Below, one piece after another: positions 35,901 to 48,450 of a DNA stretch of 64,000 nucleotides; the first letter of the stretch is position 1, and each line of letters opens with the position of its first letter. The notes below the pieces were generated by a model. It worked only from the letters and a program-made list of their open reading frames with translations. It had not been told where the DNA came from and did not search any database. The position numbers and the translations under genes are program-made. Where the stretch lies: NCBI GenBank assembly GCA_051530055.1, contig CM121343.1:3690389-3754388 (forward strand). The letters run 5' to 3'. The DNA comes from Neoechinorhynchus agilis. Taxonomy: Eukaryota; Animalia; Acanthocephala.

Positions 35901-38900
35901 GTAGATGAATTGAACGATAGTCCTAATATTATTTCAGAGAGTGAAATACGGACGACGCTTAATTGTGGCGAATATAATCCGTCTAATATAACTTCTCTCA
36001 ATGAAAAGATCATTCGCAGTTTTCAAGATGTTATTCTTTGTGCTCATGATCGCTGGAGTGAAGGATTGTCCGACGGGATTTTAAACGCACGCGGTAAGCT
36101 GATCGTGACCGAATATTGTGTAATGTTCGTTGGAAAGCCACAAAGTGACTTTATTAGCGGACAAATTCTAGTATCAATTCCGATATGTGGCCTGATTGGA
36201 CTGAAACGGTTGGCGCAATCGGACAATACAGAAGATTATTTGGTTCAATTAAATTCAACCACATTTGAATGTATGCATATTCGGATTAAAGATCACCTCA
36301 ATGAACTTCAGATGGTACTGATAGATCGCCAACAGAACAGCCGGCAAGCTTGGCTAAGGAAAATTAGCAAGATTGGTAAACTTGGTGACCACGGTGATCA
36401 GTATGCTCAGTTGTCCTCTCCCATTTCAGAACATAAACACAGTCTAAAAAGAATGGCTAAGAATGTTTTGAAAAGGGCTGGCGGTGTAAGTAACCAAAGC
36501 AAAGAGGTTTCCCAATCAAGTAATTGTGCTTCACCGACACCAATCACTCGATCTTTGAGCGATGGAACCGACACAAATGAAACGGATGACTTTACCAGTG
36601 TTGACATGGATGATAGCTCTTACATGAGTCTTACTAGGTCTGTGAAATATGCAATGAACACGTTTGACCAACTTTCAACTGGTAGCAATGGCGATGGTTC
36701 ACCGGCTGCTGGTAGGTTCGCTCAAATATGCTTTAAAAGTGGTAGACTTCCACAGTTGTTGTGGTTAAACGGTCGATCATTCGGTAGATCGTCAATTGCA
36801 CTTCTTCAGTCATCTGGTTGCACAAATGCTTTATTGGGTGCTTTAGCGCATTGGCTCATAAAGTGTATTTTGGGTGAAGATTTAAATGGTTCAAATACTT
36901 GGTCACGAGTGACTTCTTGTTCTATTTTTCGTTTTATGAGCCATTGCGGTCAATGAGTCTAATGAACCGAATCTCAAATCTGGACGACGACATACATCGC
37001 AATCCGTTCTAAATGCTTTTGTTCGTTGTATACTAACTACAGTAACTTCTCATACTGCACCGTTGGATTTGTGCGAAGTGCCAAGTGATCAAACTTCATT
37101 TTCTGTCTTTAACACACCCATCCTTCGAAGATGGTACAATAGTGTGGACAGAAGCGATACACCGGCTGATATGGAATCAATATCTTCAATATCATCCATG
37201 TCTAGTGCGACAACAGCAGCATCTCCTTATCCTTCACGTTCATCGATGATGATGAGCCGATTCTTCAATAATCACGACGAAGGGAGCTCCTTCTTGGAAA
37301 GCAATCGTTTATTGAACGGTCGCTTAGCGGCAGATGAATCCGGGAACTTGTCTTCTATTAAGATGACTAGGCGGATTTTTATGAAACGATTGACGAAGGG
37401 CCGAAAAAGCAATTGTAGTATTGGAAACAACGATCTTTCAAGTAATCGCCTAACTTCTTGCAAGTCGTTTGCTTGCCTACCTGTTGAGCACAGGAATTCT
37501 TCATGGACCACTGATATTGACCGTTATTGCAATGACAACCAGCGCTCAAGTCAGCGAACATTTTATGTCGTTTTAGATCGGAATTGTATTTCACGAAGGA
37601 CACGAGAGAGCCCAATACAATCCTCACCTAATGGAAAGTTCATTCCCGTTCCTACTCAAGTGTATTCTCTTAAACAAGTTAGATATTCGTTTAGAGCATT
37701 GCTCGTCTAAAAGGGGTGCGTAAAATTAGACAAACAATGTGACAGAAAACTATTAAATGTTTGCACACCCAACGATTCGCTGCCCGATAATTCCTGTGAT
37801 GATCATCTTTTCTCTGATATTTACGCTTGTGGATGGCTGGAACAGGTAGCAAATCTTCTTTCTACCTCTGCAGAAATTTGTCGAAATATCATCGTTGAGA
37901 ACAAAGAACGGATAAGCAATGATTCGGCTTCGAGGGACGATAGTCTAAGCGAAATTGAGAATCAACATGTAATCGTTATTTCGCTTGACAATGCTCATGT
38001 GAGATCAATTGCAAGTCAAAATACACAAGCGAATTCGAATGGTCGAAAGCAAAATGAGCAAAATGGAGAGAAATGTTGTTTTGGATCCGTCGAGAATAAA
38101 GGTAAAGTAATAATTTCTCAGATTTCGTCTCTCTTACAACTTCTGGTCGATCCGTGTTCTCGCACTATGAGCGGATTTCAATCGTTGTTGGAGAAACACT
38201 GGATATCCAATAGTAACATTGATGACCGAAGTGAATATCAGAAACTTTTTATGCCCACACTACACTTCGTTCAATTTCTCGATTGCGTACATCAGCTTCT
38301 TTTTCAATTTCCACTGGAGTTCGAATTCAATGATGATCTCCTTCAATTCCTCGCATACCATTCAAGTTCAGGGAGATTTTACGATCTTTCATCTTACCAA
38401 TTCGCTGGAGAATATCACGACGGAAACGTTCTAGAGTACATGAACAGATTTAGCGAAACTTCGATTGGATTTTACAATCTAATTTACCATGCGACTGACC
38501 GAGTATTGGTTCCTAATTGCCGAGCAGTTTCCTTGGAAATTTGGCAGTATTATTTAAACCCCAATTCGCACCTCAATCCACCACTGAGTGAGTGTCCAAA
38601 TAACGTTGCAACATTACTCACGGACTTGAACTCGGTTACGCAGCGACGGTTTCAATCACAGGGGACGCATGGACGCCCTTATTTTCAGCGGAGCATGGAT
38701 TTGTTTTACTCCATTATCGATGCACCGTGTCCCGAACGAGGATTCGGGCAAATGCAAGTTAACACACTGGGCGATTCCGCCAAGCGTAGAAATTGTGAAG
38801 CCGCGACAATTGCGACCAATGAATCTCTTTGCTCAACGAGTGACAAATATGATGTAAAAGCATCGGTCTCTTCGATTGGAAGTGCTTTTGATGTATTTAA

Positions 38901-39405
38901 CAATGTTACCAGTCTCCCATGTTTAACGGAAGGCCATCAAGCTCACTGTAGTCGACCTACGTCGCCGAATGACAATAGCCACGATCATTTCCTTAATCAA
39001 CAATACACTTCGTCCACAATTGAGGCAACTCACATGGAACGTACGAGTGGAGCTGAACGCTGCTTCTGCGCATTTGAGGGGTGGATCAAAAAACGCTCAA
39101 TAAGTTATACCTCTAATAGTGGACTCCTCAATTTAAAACAATGGAAGCAGCGATGGTTAGTTCTAGATACCGTAAGACATGAGTTGAGGTATTATGATCA
39201 GCAACCGTCCATATACACAACTGAGTGTTCACCAAAAGGACGGATTCCATTGTCCACTGTGATTTCAGTTAAGAGCTGTGACACCGGAGACGATAAAGCA
39301 TTTGAGGTTGCAACAAAAACCAAAATACACTTATTCGCTGCGAACGCATTGGATGTGTCAACCGCATGGGTAGAGAGCATTCGAAAATGCTTAGGCGAAT
39401 GTTAG
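32974..39405 (+). CDS. SBF2: SBF1/SBF2 (MTMR5/MTMR13)-like DENN-GRAM-pseudophosphatase-PH protein, multi-exon
   Basis: uDENN/DENN (IHQRFPSVDWPDVPF, FVLTDVDGRRQYCSC, LLHPFKYNHVYVPLL..ILDAPTPYIVGV), GRAM (GKLIVTEYCVMFVG), myotubularin fold (QFLDCVHQLLFQFPLEFEFND) and C-terminal PH (WKQRWLVLD). Introns modelled near 34521-34570, 35270, 36890 and 37690. SBF1 vs SBF2 cannot be distinguished. Confidence 0.85.
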
Positions 39406-39951
39406 AACCAATAGAAAATGAGAGCGAGAATGACTGCCATCTAATGATCAACTCGTGGAATTGTACCCGTGAGCATGAGGCAAAAAATATGTAATCATTA
39501 GATTGAAATTTTAGATATGAGATAATCAGGTTTGAGAAGTTCGTTCATACACCAGCAATATTTTTGATACAGAAATCAAAGTCGGTTTATTGTAAACGAA
39601 TATCGCACCAATTAAAAGAGTCGTCGCGTGGAAATGAATTTAATTTTCGAATTCGAGGCATCGATAGATACTGCGTCCCATAAAATCACTATCCCTTAGT
39701 ACTTGATCGATCTTTGTACACATCATGTTGCTTGCCTTTTGTCTCAAGAAAATAAGTGAAAAATATTTTGCCTCAAAAGTTTAGATTTTGTCGATTCAAT
39801 GTATAACCACCACCACCACCACCACAGTAACGTACTGTTAATACTAACAAAAAGTAATTCAAATAAATATACTCCCATTCACCAAACGATCTTACAATTT
39901 TGTATATTTGTTATGATTACATTCATGGTGTTAATCATCCGATTTAATTAG

Positions 39952-42900
39952 TCAGAACTGCTGGCTGCTTTCGATTTCCGGACCGTTCGATCCTTCCGAA
40001 ATTGAGTTATCTTCATTTTTAGTTCGATAATTCTGCTGAGGAATGCCAACTTTGATAATCGGCGGTTTCTGAGGGCTGAGTGCTTGTACTGTCGAACGAT
40101 AAAATGCCTCTTTGTTCTTAATTTCGTGACTTAGTTCATTTTTCAGCTTCTAGAAAAATTATATTAGATTTTGAACGTTCTTAAACTATACTTACACTAC
40201 GTTCAACTTCATGAAATTGTTGGAGATCGTGCAATTGCATCTGAAATGCCCGTTGAAGTTGTGCTAACTTTTGCGCTTCTTTGTCGCAGCACTTTGATCG
40301 TTTCTCGGCTTGTTGGCAATGTAATTGAGCTTTACGTTGCTGATGATTGGCAAACAATTGTTCTAATTTCTGTCTCATGTATTCTTCGCGCCTTCGTATC
40401 TCTCCTTGAATTCTCATGTTTTCATTTTCGCTGAATTGCCTAAGTTTTGCTTTCACCTCACCTTGGCTTCCAGAAGTAACATTTACGACCGGCGTTCCGA
40501 CTGATTGACCTTGGACAGTCTGCATCCAACACGTTGTCAATGGATCTTGATCATCTAAGGATTGTTTATATTGTTGTTCCCTGGATCGTTTGAGTTGTTT
40601 CATGTACTTTATGAAACTCCTATGTTGTGAGTTAAGTTCGTCGATTAAATACTGGCGTTCTATTCGGTTAGTTTCGTCCAATTCCTCTAATTCCTTTTGT
40701 TGGTTGGCTATCATGCAACCCCGAAAATTCTCGTAGTAGACCTTTACATGCCTTGCTAAAAGCCTATATTTATCACAGAGGCTTTTTTCATCAAAGGCGA
40801 AAAGTTCCTCCATGTCAATGATTCTTAAGACTAGATATGAACTATGTTTGTTTATTCCATTAAGAATCATTGCACTCTAACTGATCTTTTTTTAGCTGGT
40901 GCCGTCTTTTGGTAAAGGAATTATCCAAGTTGGCAAGGCGAGCCATATGGTACGCCTTTAGATTGTCCAAGTATTCATCTATGCTTCGTTCATTCGTTCC
41001 AATACCAGAGGAGGAGGATGTAAAATGCTTTTGTTGCCTTTCCATCTCATTCCGTTTCCGCTTACTTTCCAATTTCAGTTCGGATGTTACTTGTTGTTCG
41101 GCTCTCTGCATCTCTTGGCGTTGTTCTTGGTGCAATGCATTAGCCGCTTCGTTCAGTTTGCACACTAATGCATTCCGACTAGTTTGTGCATTTCGGTCGT
41201 GATTTCTAATTTCATTGGTTTGTTTGGTCTTGATGTGGTCCAATCTTTGAGTTTGTTGTTGATATTGCCTCCTGAAATGGCGGCCTTCCTCCCGTCGAAG
41301 CAGAATTTGAACTCCGCTTGAAGTACAAGCGTTTAAAATATCGTGGTTATCATTTTCCCTTGTAAATGTTGGACTATAGCACTGTCCCTTAAAACTAGAC
41401 ATACTTGATGCGTTCTCCAGTTGATGTTGTTGGATCATCAATGAACTGGGTGGTGAAAAGTTATGACTGCTACAGCCACTATTGTTTCCCGTACTTGTAG
41501 TCGAAGTATCCGTACAAGGATCCGCCAACTCGTTGAGAACAGAAAAGACAACTTCCGGTATGCTAGTAGCTCCAGGGCTATTACCACATAGGTTGTCGTC
41601 TATTATTTCCCATGAAAGGAAAGTGCATACGGAGTTTAAACACGATATGCGATCGCTTTGCTTGCCGGGATCGTGAGCTATAGGCATATGAGAAGGAAAC
41701 GCAGTTCGTTCAACGATATACGTTTCGGGTGGTTTATACTGAGACTGCAATTCAGGGAGTTTACCACTATCACAAAAGGTTCTTTGATAAGACCTGTCAT
41801 ATAAAGAACCCTTTGCGTCTATTGCACCTGAAATCAGATACATCAACATCATACACATCTATTGAACTAGACTCAACGGTTACCTTACTATTGGGGCTCA
41901 GTTTATCCGTGGAACGCATAAATCCGCCAATCTCTGGATCTTGCCTGGTGAATGAAAATTCATTTAAACTCTCAGAAGTGCTCGTAGCGTTGCTCTCGTC
42001 CACAGACTCGTCCGATGATTCGGCCCACTCATTCTTATTACTATCCAAAACCTCGCGCTTACTCTTCCAATATTTCTTGTGGTCGTAGTGACCACGAGAA
42101 GATCCATCGGGGTACTTTAATTTAGGCGATTGCGTTTCAACTGAAACAACCTGTACGGATAGAAGCTCTTTCAACGATACGACATTATCGCTGCTGTATT
42201 GGACAAATTCGTGCGAACTCAGTTGTTGTGCTGTCAAACGTTTACTTGGATCCTTTTGAAGGATACAACGTAAAAAATCCTTGAAGGACTGAGAATACAT
42301 TTCCGAACGTATTAGTCCAGGCGCCTCGTGCTTTAGGATTCGAATGAGCACCCTGTTTTGATTCATCACATGGTGAGGTGGATTCATTTCCGCCAATTCA
42401 ATAAGAGTTATGCCGAATGACCATATATCTACAGGAAAGGAATACCCTATAGATTTGTCCGTTTCGCATACAATTACCTCTGGTGCCATCCAATACGGTG
42501 AGCCTATAAATGAATATCGCGTTAGCTTGGCATTTTTGCCTCCTTGGGCATTGCTGGTTGAGTTTAAATCGCCAGTATTCAAAAAGGATTCGGCAGCGGC
42601 TACTCCAAAATCTCCTAATTTTATTAGGCCCTTTAAGTTTAGCATCAAATTGGCTGCTTTTAGATCGCGATGAATTATTTGAACACGATTGCTGTGTATG
42701 TATTCAAGTGCGGCAAGCGTCTGTTTGGCGATGCATTTTATCTCAGTTTCAGTTAGTCCACGTTTAAGTAAACAAATGATAGAATCGATGGCACCAACCT
42801 CACAGTATTCTTCGATGATCCATATTCTGTTAGAGTAGAAATAGCATTCGAGGACACGCATTATATTTTGATGCTCACACTTCTCCAAAATGCCAACTTC

Positions 42901-43191
42901 ATTTAAGTACGACGGGAGTTGATCGATTTCATCGTCCTGGACATGGATTATTTTCGCTGCAGCTTCACATAAGTTGGGTAAGACAGCTTTAGCTTGATAG
43001 ACTTTTGCTTCGGAGCCACCGCCCAACTCTCTGATAAGCTTCCACCTTGTGTCAGGGTCAATATTACAGCAGAGGCTAGAGGGTAAGATGAGCCTTTGTG
43101 ATATTTTTCTCGGTGTTTGCGGTGACAATTGAGACGAGGTTGTAATAACGGACGAATTAAAGAATCCTTTGACTTTGGATAAAAACTCCAT
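39952..43191 (-). CDS. SLK: SLK/STK10 (Ste20 GCK-V) kinase with C-terminal coiled coil, 4 exons
   Basis: Kinase motifs IHRDLKAANL, DFG, FIGSPYWMAPEVIVCET, DIWSFGITLIELAEMNPPH. Downstream ORFs 40860..41858 and 40181..40870 resemble the PKK coiled-coil repeats and join through GT-AG introns. Last exon KLKNELSHEIKNKEAFY..QF* ends at 39952. Confidence 0.88.
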
Positions 43192-44043
43192 CTTCAAAAA
43201 TGTGTATGACTGGGGGATTTTAAGGTGAACATCTAATACCCTTGACGGTTCTACCAACAAGAGAATGCTGCGTGTATGAGATACATTAGGTTGAATGGGG
43301 ACGTAATGACTGGCGGGGAAAAGCTACGTGACAAAATCATGTTTACCTTTGAGACCGAGGAAAAAAACTCGAAGGTTCCTATCAGGGGAAAAGGTGAGTT
43401 TTAAAAGCTCGTATTTGAAAGCGAACTCGGTCCGTGTTCATCGTAGCTGGAATTTAAGCGAGCAATGGTAACAAAGTGTTGAGATGAAAAGAAATAACTT
43501 TCCCCAGTTCCATTCTGAAGCCAATATCAGGTATAGCCGAAAACATTCTCAGACAGGTGTCGTTCCACGCTCTCATTATGTGAATTGCTCTTATCTAGTC
43601 ATTAGGAGACAGCACAGTGTCGAGACTGTATCCTGCTTGTACCTCCAAAGGCTCATGTGCCTAACCATTATTATTATTTGAAGGCTTGTGATAACTTTTC
43701 ATGGCCGAGATCATTGAAGAAAAACCTTTATCACATAAAACAACAATCCCGGACGAGCATTACAGAAGTGGATAATCTGGTAAGAAATGTTGCCCAGACG
43801 CCACCTAACATGACACATATTCCAATACATTCCTGGAAAAATTAAATGTGCCACTTATCTTTAAGGTCTTTTTTGTTATTGACACTTATGGACATAACCT
43901 TACCGGTCTCATTGGCTATTTTTTGAACTTCAACAGACAATCACTTCGAATTAAACATGATGAACCAGGCTTCTTCTTTTCATTATACGTTATATGTGTA
44001 TTCTAAAAGCTCCTTGGAATTCAGTCAATGCATCTCGGACCAT

Positions 44044-45045
44044 ATTGTCGATGATTCGCGATCCTTTTGGTCCGATTAAAGTCTTGATCGCGACCGAGAA
44101 AGCCGTACTACTGAATGGATAAACTAAATTGTAGCAAAATGTCTTTAAAAAAACTTTGAGAAAATTGTCGATGATTCGCGATCCTTTTGGTCCGATTAAA
44201 GTCTTGATCGCGACCGAGAAAGCCGTACTACTGAATGGATAAACTAAATTGTAGGAAAATGTCTTTAAAAAAACTTTGAGAAAATTGTCGATGATTCGCG
44301 ATCCTTTTGGTCCGATTAAAGTCTTGATCGCGACCGAGAAAGCCGTACTACTGAATGGATAAACTAAATTGTAGCAAAATGTCTTTAAAAAAACTTTGAG
44401 AAAATTGTCGATGATTCGCGATCCTTTTGGTCCGATTAAAGTCTTGATCGCGACCGAGAAAGCCGTACTACTGAATGGATAAACTAAATTGTAGCAAAAT
44501 GTCTTTAAAAAAAACTTTGAGAAAATTGTCGATGATTCGCGATCCTTTTGGTCCGATTAAAGTCTTGATCGCGACCCCAGAAAGCCGTACTACTGAATGG
44601 ATAAACTAAATTGTAGCAAAATGTCTTTAAAAAAACTTTGAGAAAATTGTCGATGATTCGCGATCCTTTTGGTCCGATTAAAGTCTTGATCGCGACCGAG
44701 AAAGCCGTACTACTGAATGGATAAACTAAATTGTAGCAAAATGTCTTTAAAAAAACTTTGAGAAAATTGTCGATGATTCGCGATCCTTTTGGTCCGATTA
44801 AAGTCTTGATCGCGACCGAGAAAGCCGTACTACTGAATGGATAAACTAAATTGTAGGAAAATGTCTTTAAAAAAACTTTGAGAAAATTGTCGATGATTCG
44901 CGATCCTTTTGGTCCGATTAAAGTCTTGATCGCGACCGAGAAAGCCGTACTACTGAATGGATAAACTAAATTGTAGCAAAATGTCTTTAAAAAAAACTTT
45001 GAGAAAATTGTCGATGATTCGTGATCCTTTTGGTCCGATTAAAAT
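44044..45045. repeat. Tandem array, ~120-bp unit, ~8 near-identical copies
   Basis: ATTGTCGATGATTCGCGATCCTTTTGGTCCGATTAAAGTCTTGATCGCGACCGAGAAAGCC.. recurs every 120-121 nt; variation is mainly in A-tract length. Confidence 0.97.
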
Positions 45046-45851
45046 CTTAAAGATCTATATTAACGGCTAATAAAAAACTACTATTTAACCAGAAGCATCC
45101 GAATTATTGTGGCTACTTACTCTATAGTAGACCGTGATTTTTAAATACGAATTAGTTTCAGCTCAAATTTTGAAGAATCTCAAGGCGATTAGGTATAAAC
45201 ATGGGACAATTTAAGACACGATGATCGAGATGTCTAAAAAGTCATGACTTTCTAAATGCGATTGGCGGCTACGACGTTTTGATCCATTGCGCAACCCGGG
45301 CCGTAGCAGCAGCAGCGACTAACATCCATTAATCATTTTTAGCAATTGAAGGTAAAACATCCAATTACTTTTGTTCTTCGAGGTTGTGTAAAATGGCCTA
45401 AAGGACTCGTTAAACCATAGAAATCAATCACACATTTTTGATGGAAAGAAATTTCAGGATGTCGTTTAGTTTTGACAAGGACATTCTTGAATCGGGCATG
45501 CAATCGATTTATAACGACCAATGAGTTCGATTATAATGAAGAAAACAAATAAAAGAAAATAACGGTAATTCGGATATTGGTCGTTTTTATCACAAGACAA
45601 AATACGAGATAAAAATATCGGAGATATACATCTTCGTTTTTTTTGCGTCTCAATCAAACCAACCTTTGTTCTAAGTCTTTCATCATATTCGAGACTGAAA
45701 GATAATCCCATTTTTCAAAATTGGGTCCATGGAAGAAAAACTCATTCGCTGACGTTAAGAGGAAGTCGGAGTTCGAATTCAATTACTTAAGCGACAAAAG
45801 AATGGCATTTTTTTCGTTCTAATTTCTTATTTTAAAGATTCTAACTTTTTA

Positions 45852-45990
45852 TTTTTCGAATTATCAAAAATAATTGATGTATTTTTATTCTGAAGGCGGT
45901 TGCTTGAGCATCAGTCTATTGTTTGAGAATGAAGAAGGCCTACGCCAAGGCCTTCAGAAATAAATCAATTATTTTTGATAATTCGCAAAA
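45852..45990. repeat. ~140-bp inverted repeat (MITE-like hairpin)
   Basis: CGAATTATCAAAAATAATTGAT (45857-45878) is the perfect reverse complement of 45964-45985. Inner TTCTGAAGGC/GCCTTCAGAA also pairs. Confidence 0.85.
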
Positions 45991-46339
45991 TCAAAAAGTA
46001 ATTTTTTTATTACCTATTTCCTTCACTTTTCCAATTGATTATTAAATAAACGATTTGTCGTAAAAACTTACTAATAACCTCTTCCGAAATACGGAATTCA
46101 ATAAACTCAAATCAGCGCCGACACTGGCGGCATTTCCTCGCTGGATTCCAATATTCTCTCGAGGGACCGACTCCAATGGGGCAAAGTTTTAATCTACGGC
46201 CAATTCTCTGTATTTTTTAATTTCTTTTGCTCCACTCTCCCAATATTGGCGTTGGACTTAACGCATTTGTGCCTTAAAGATTTCTGATTCAATTTTAAAA
46301 GTGGCTGAAAAAAAGAGGATTTGATCAAGTTTATGAAAT

Positions 46340-46560
46340 GTTAAGAAAGGCCACACTTAAACACTGAGTAAAAGTTACCTGCTGGCTAGACTTCAAAAAT
46401 AGGAAAAAATTCAATTGGCCCAAATCCCAGTTTGTTGGGTCAAAAGGTTCGTATCCGTTACCGTTGATGACGACACACAACCAAAGGGGATGAAATACCT
46501 CGTTGGAGGAAGGAGGAACCTCACTGATGAGCCCCACCTCCTCGGGAAGGATTTGCTGCT
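46340..46560. repeat. Dispersed ~330-bp repeat family, diverged partial copy
   Basis: AAAGGCCACA..ACACTGAGTAAAAGTTACCTGCTGGCTAGACTTCAAAAATAGGAAAAAATTCAATTGGCC..GTTTGTTGGG.CAAA.GGTTCGTATCCG is shared with 31060-31215 and 61390-61550. Confidence 0.85.
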
Positions 46561-47619
46561 TGCCCAAGAAAAATTATCAAATGAAAAGTGGGATAAAATA
46601 AAATGCTTGTTGTCCAAAAATATTTTCAATATTAATCGGTAAACTTTGACCTGAAGTATAGAGCGCTTATTATTTAATCGTTTGAATTCATTTAGTTTTT
46701 GATCGTTGGCCTTTTTTATCGTGATTTAGCAAGTATCTTTGTTTTGCTTCTTTAAATTGGCGGACTTTTTTCGGCCCAGTTTAGAAGTTGTTTTGGTGGA
46801 TATATTTTGTTTGTTTCCTTTGATAGTTATCCCCATCGGGATTTAAATTCATAGATTTATTTCCCCCCTCCCCCGATATTTCAAGTCGGATAATTCCGAC
46901 AACATTCAAGTGAGATGAAATTTCGGAATTATCCGACTTGAAATGTCGGGGGAAATACTCTTAAGAAAGTATCTGTGACATAGATATTGATTCCCTTTGT
47001 AGCAATATTTCGTCCGTCTAACCGGACATCTTGAAGTCTAAAAATCCGATGAAACATACGAAAGGGAATCAATAAATTAATCTCTATTTTCATTAATTTC
47101 GTAGCGCTTAAACAACTCAAGCGATTGTTATTCTAAAAAGCACGATAAGCTTAATTATACTGTCTAATTTTTATACATTACAAGAAAAAGCGCATGCTCG
47201 AACAAAACTGAAATCAAAGTCCGCTAAAATGACCGAGTAACGGTCAAATCGACAATATGGATCCATAGATTAGAATTAAAAAAATTGTTTGCTGTCGAAG
47301 AAATCCACGAAAAGATCAAATGACATTCTTAAACATTCAAGTAAACGACGAAAATGGGTAACAAGGAAGCGTTCAAATCGATATTTATCAAAATTTACGT
47401 TAAAAGTCGTCGTATATTTTGTGATCCATTATTGCAACGTATCTTTGAGAAAGGTTTGGCTATTCCAGGAAACAAATGGAAGTTTTTATTGGCGATTATG
47501 GATGATTTTTTTGAAAAGAAATTAACATTGATGAGAGAAATATTCACTTTCACAATTTTTTTATTTAATGTATTGATTTTTAAAAACCTCTTCTGTGGTC
47601 GCAGCATCAATAACGTCCC

Positions 47620-47855
47620 AGCTCTGAGCCGGTCTCTTTCGCTGGACAGCTTTGCTTATCGTCTAAAGAAAGTCTTAATCCCGTTGTCGTCTCTAATCCA
47701 ATTTAAATATTTCTACATCATAAAATAAATTTAATTATACTGGCAGCATCAATAACGTCCCAGCTCTGAGCCGGTCTCTTTCGCTGGACAGTTTTGTTAG
47801 TCTTACTTCCGTTGTTGTCTCTAATCCAATTTAAATATTTCTACGTCATAAATTT
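47620..47855 (+). repeat. Two tandem ~135-bp units of a short dispersed repeat; a third unit resumes at 51096
   Basis: GCAGCATCAATAACGTCCCAGCTCTGAGCCGGTCTCT occurs at ~47621, ~47743 and (1 mismatch) ~51117. Confidence 0.9.
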
Positions 47856-48450
47856 TTTTTAATCAATATATATTTATTTTAGCGCTCGCTCACAAACTGT
47901 TATATGCCTAGCCGTCCTCGTCATCAATTGTCGCCCGAATGCTAGCAATGTTGCCTCTCAACACGGCGATGCCGATATTTTTGAACATCGCTGGTTGTAA
48001 CCTGAAGGCGTCGCTTCAGATCCTTCAGAAGTTGAAGAGCCCCGCTACCAAGAGATCCGTAGGTCTCAACCCCAAAAGCCACGAACTCATGGGCTAAATC
48101 GAGGTATTTCGCCGTTTTCCGCCTTTCCACAGTACTCGCTGAACCTCCAGCTTGAACCGCCGAGAACTTGAGATTGCTGGCCGCGAGTGTATCGACACAA
48201 GTGGCGTCCCAGAGGAGGCATTTACGCTCCCGCCAAGAAAATACGGTCACCCCATCAAGTCTACGTCCGTCGTCCCTACAGAGGTTGGCAGGTTCCAAAT
48301 TTTTGGGGGCATGTACCGCGTAACAAGTGCCCGGCTCAGCACCACGATAATTTCGGCATGTCTTGCGAATCTTCCTGCTGATTTTCTACAGATGAGACCA
48401 TGACGTCCCGACGAATCCACATTTGCACCACAGCGGCATGCAAACAATAT
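47856..48450 (-). mobile_element. 3' part (zinc knuckle, RLE, 3' UTR, short A-tail) of a CRE-type retrotransposon
   Basis: CRCGANVDSSGRHGLICRKSAGRFARH, EPANLCRDDGRRLDG, LLWDATCVDT, FVAFGVETYG and ATIDDEDG*, then AATAAA and an A-tract (plus-strand T-run to 47860). Confidence 0.88.

Noticed and set aside
23499-39405. GDI, Rab18 and SBF (a Rab GEF) as a functional Rab cluster
   Set aside because: Three trafficking genes among a dozen housekeeping genes is compatible with chance, and there is no evidence of co-regulation.
8165-45045. Tandem arrays as CRISPR loci
   Set aside because: Units are contiguous near-identical repeats without unique spacers, there are no cas genes, and the context is a eukaryotic intron-containing genome.
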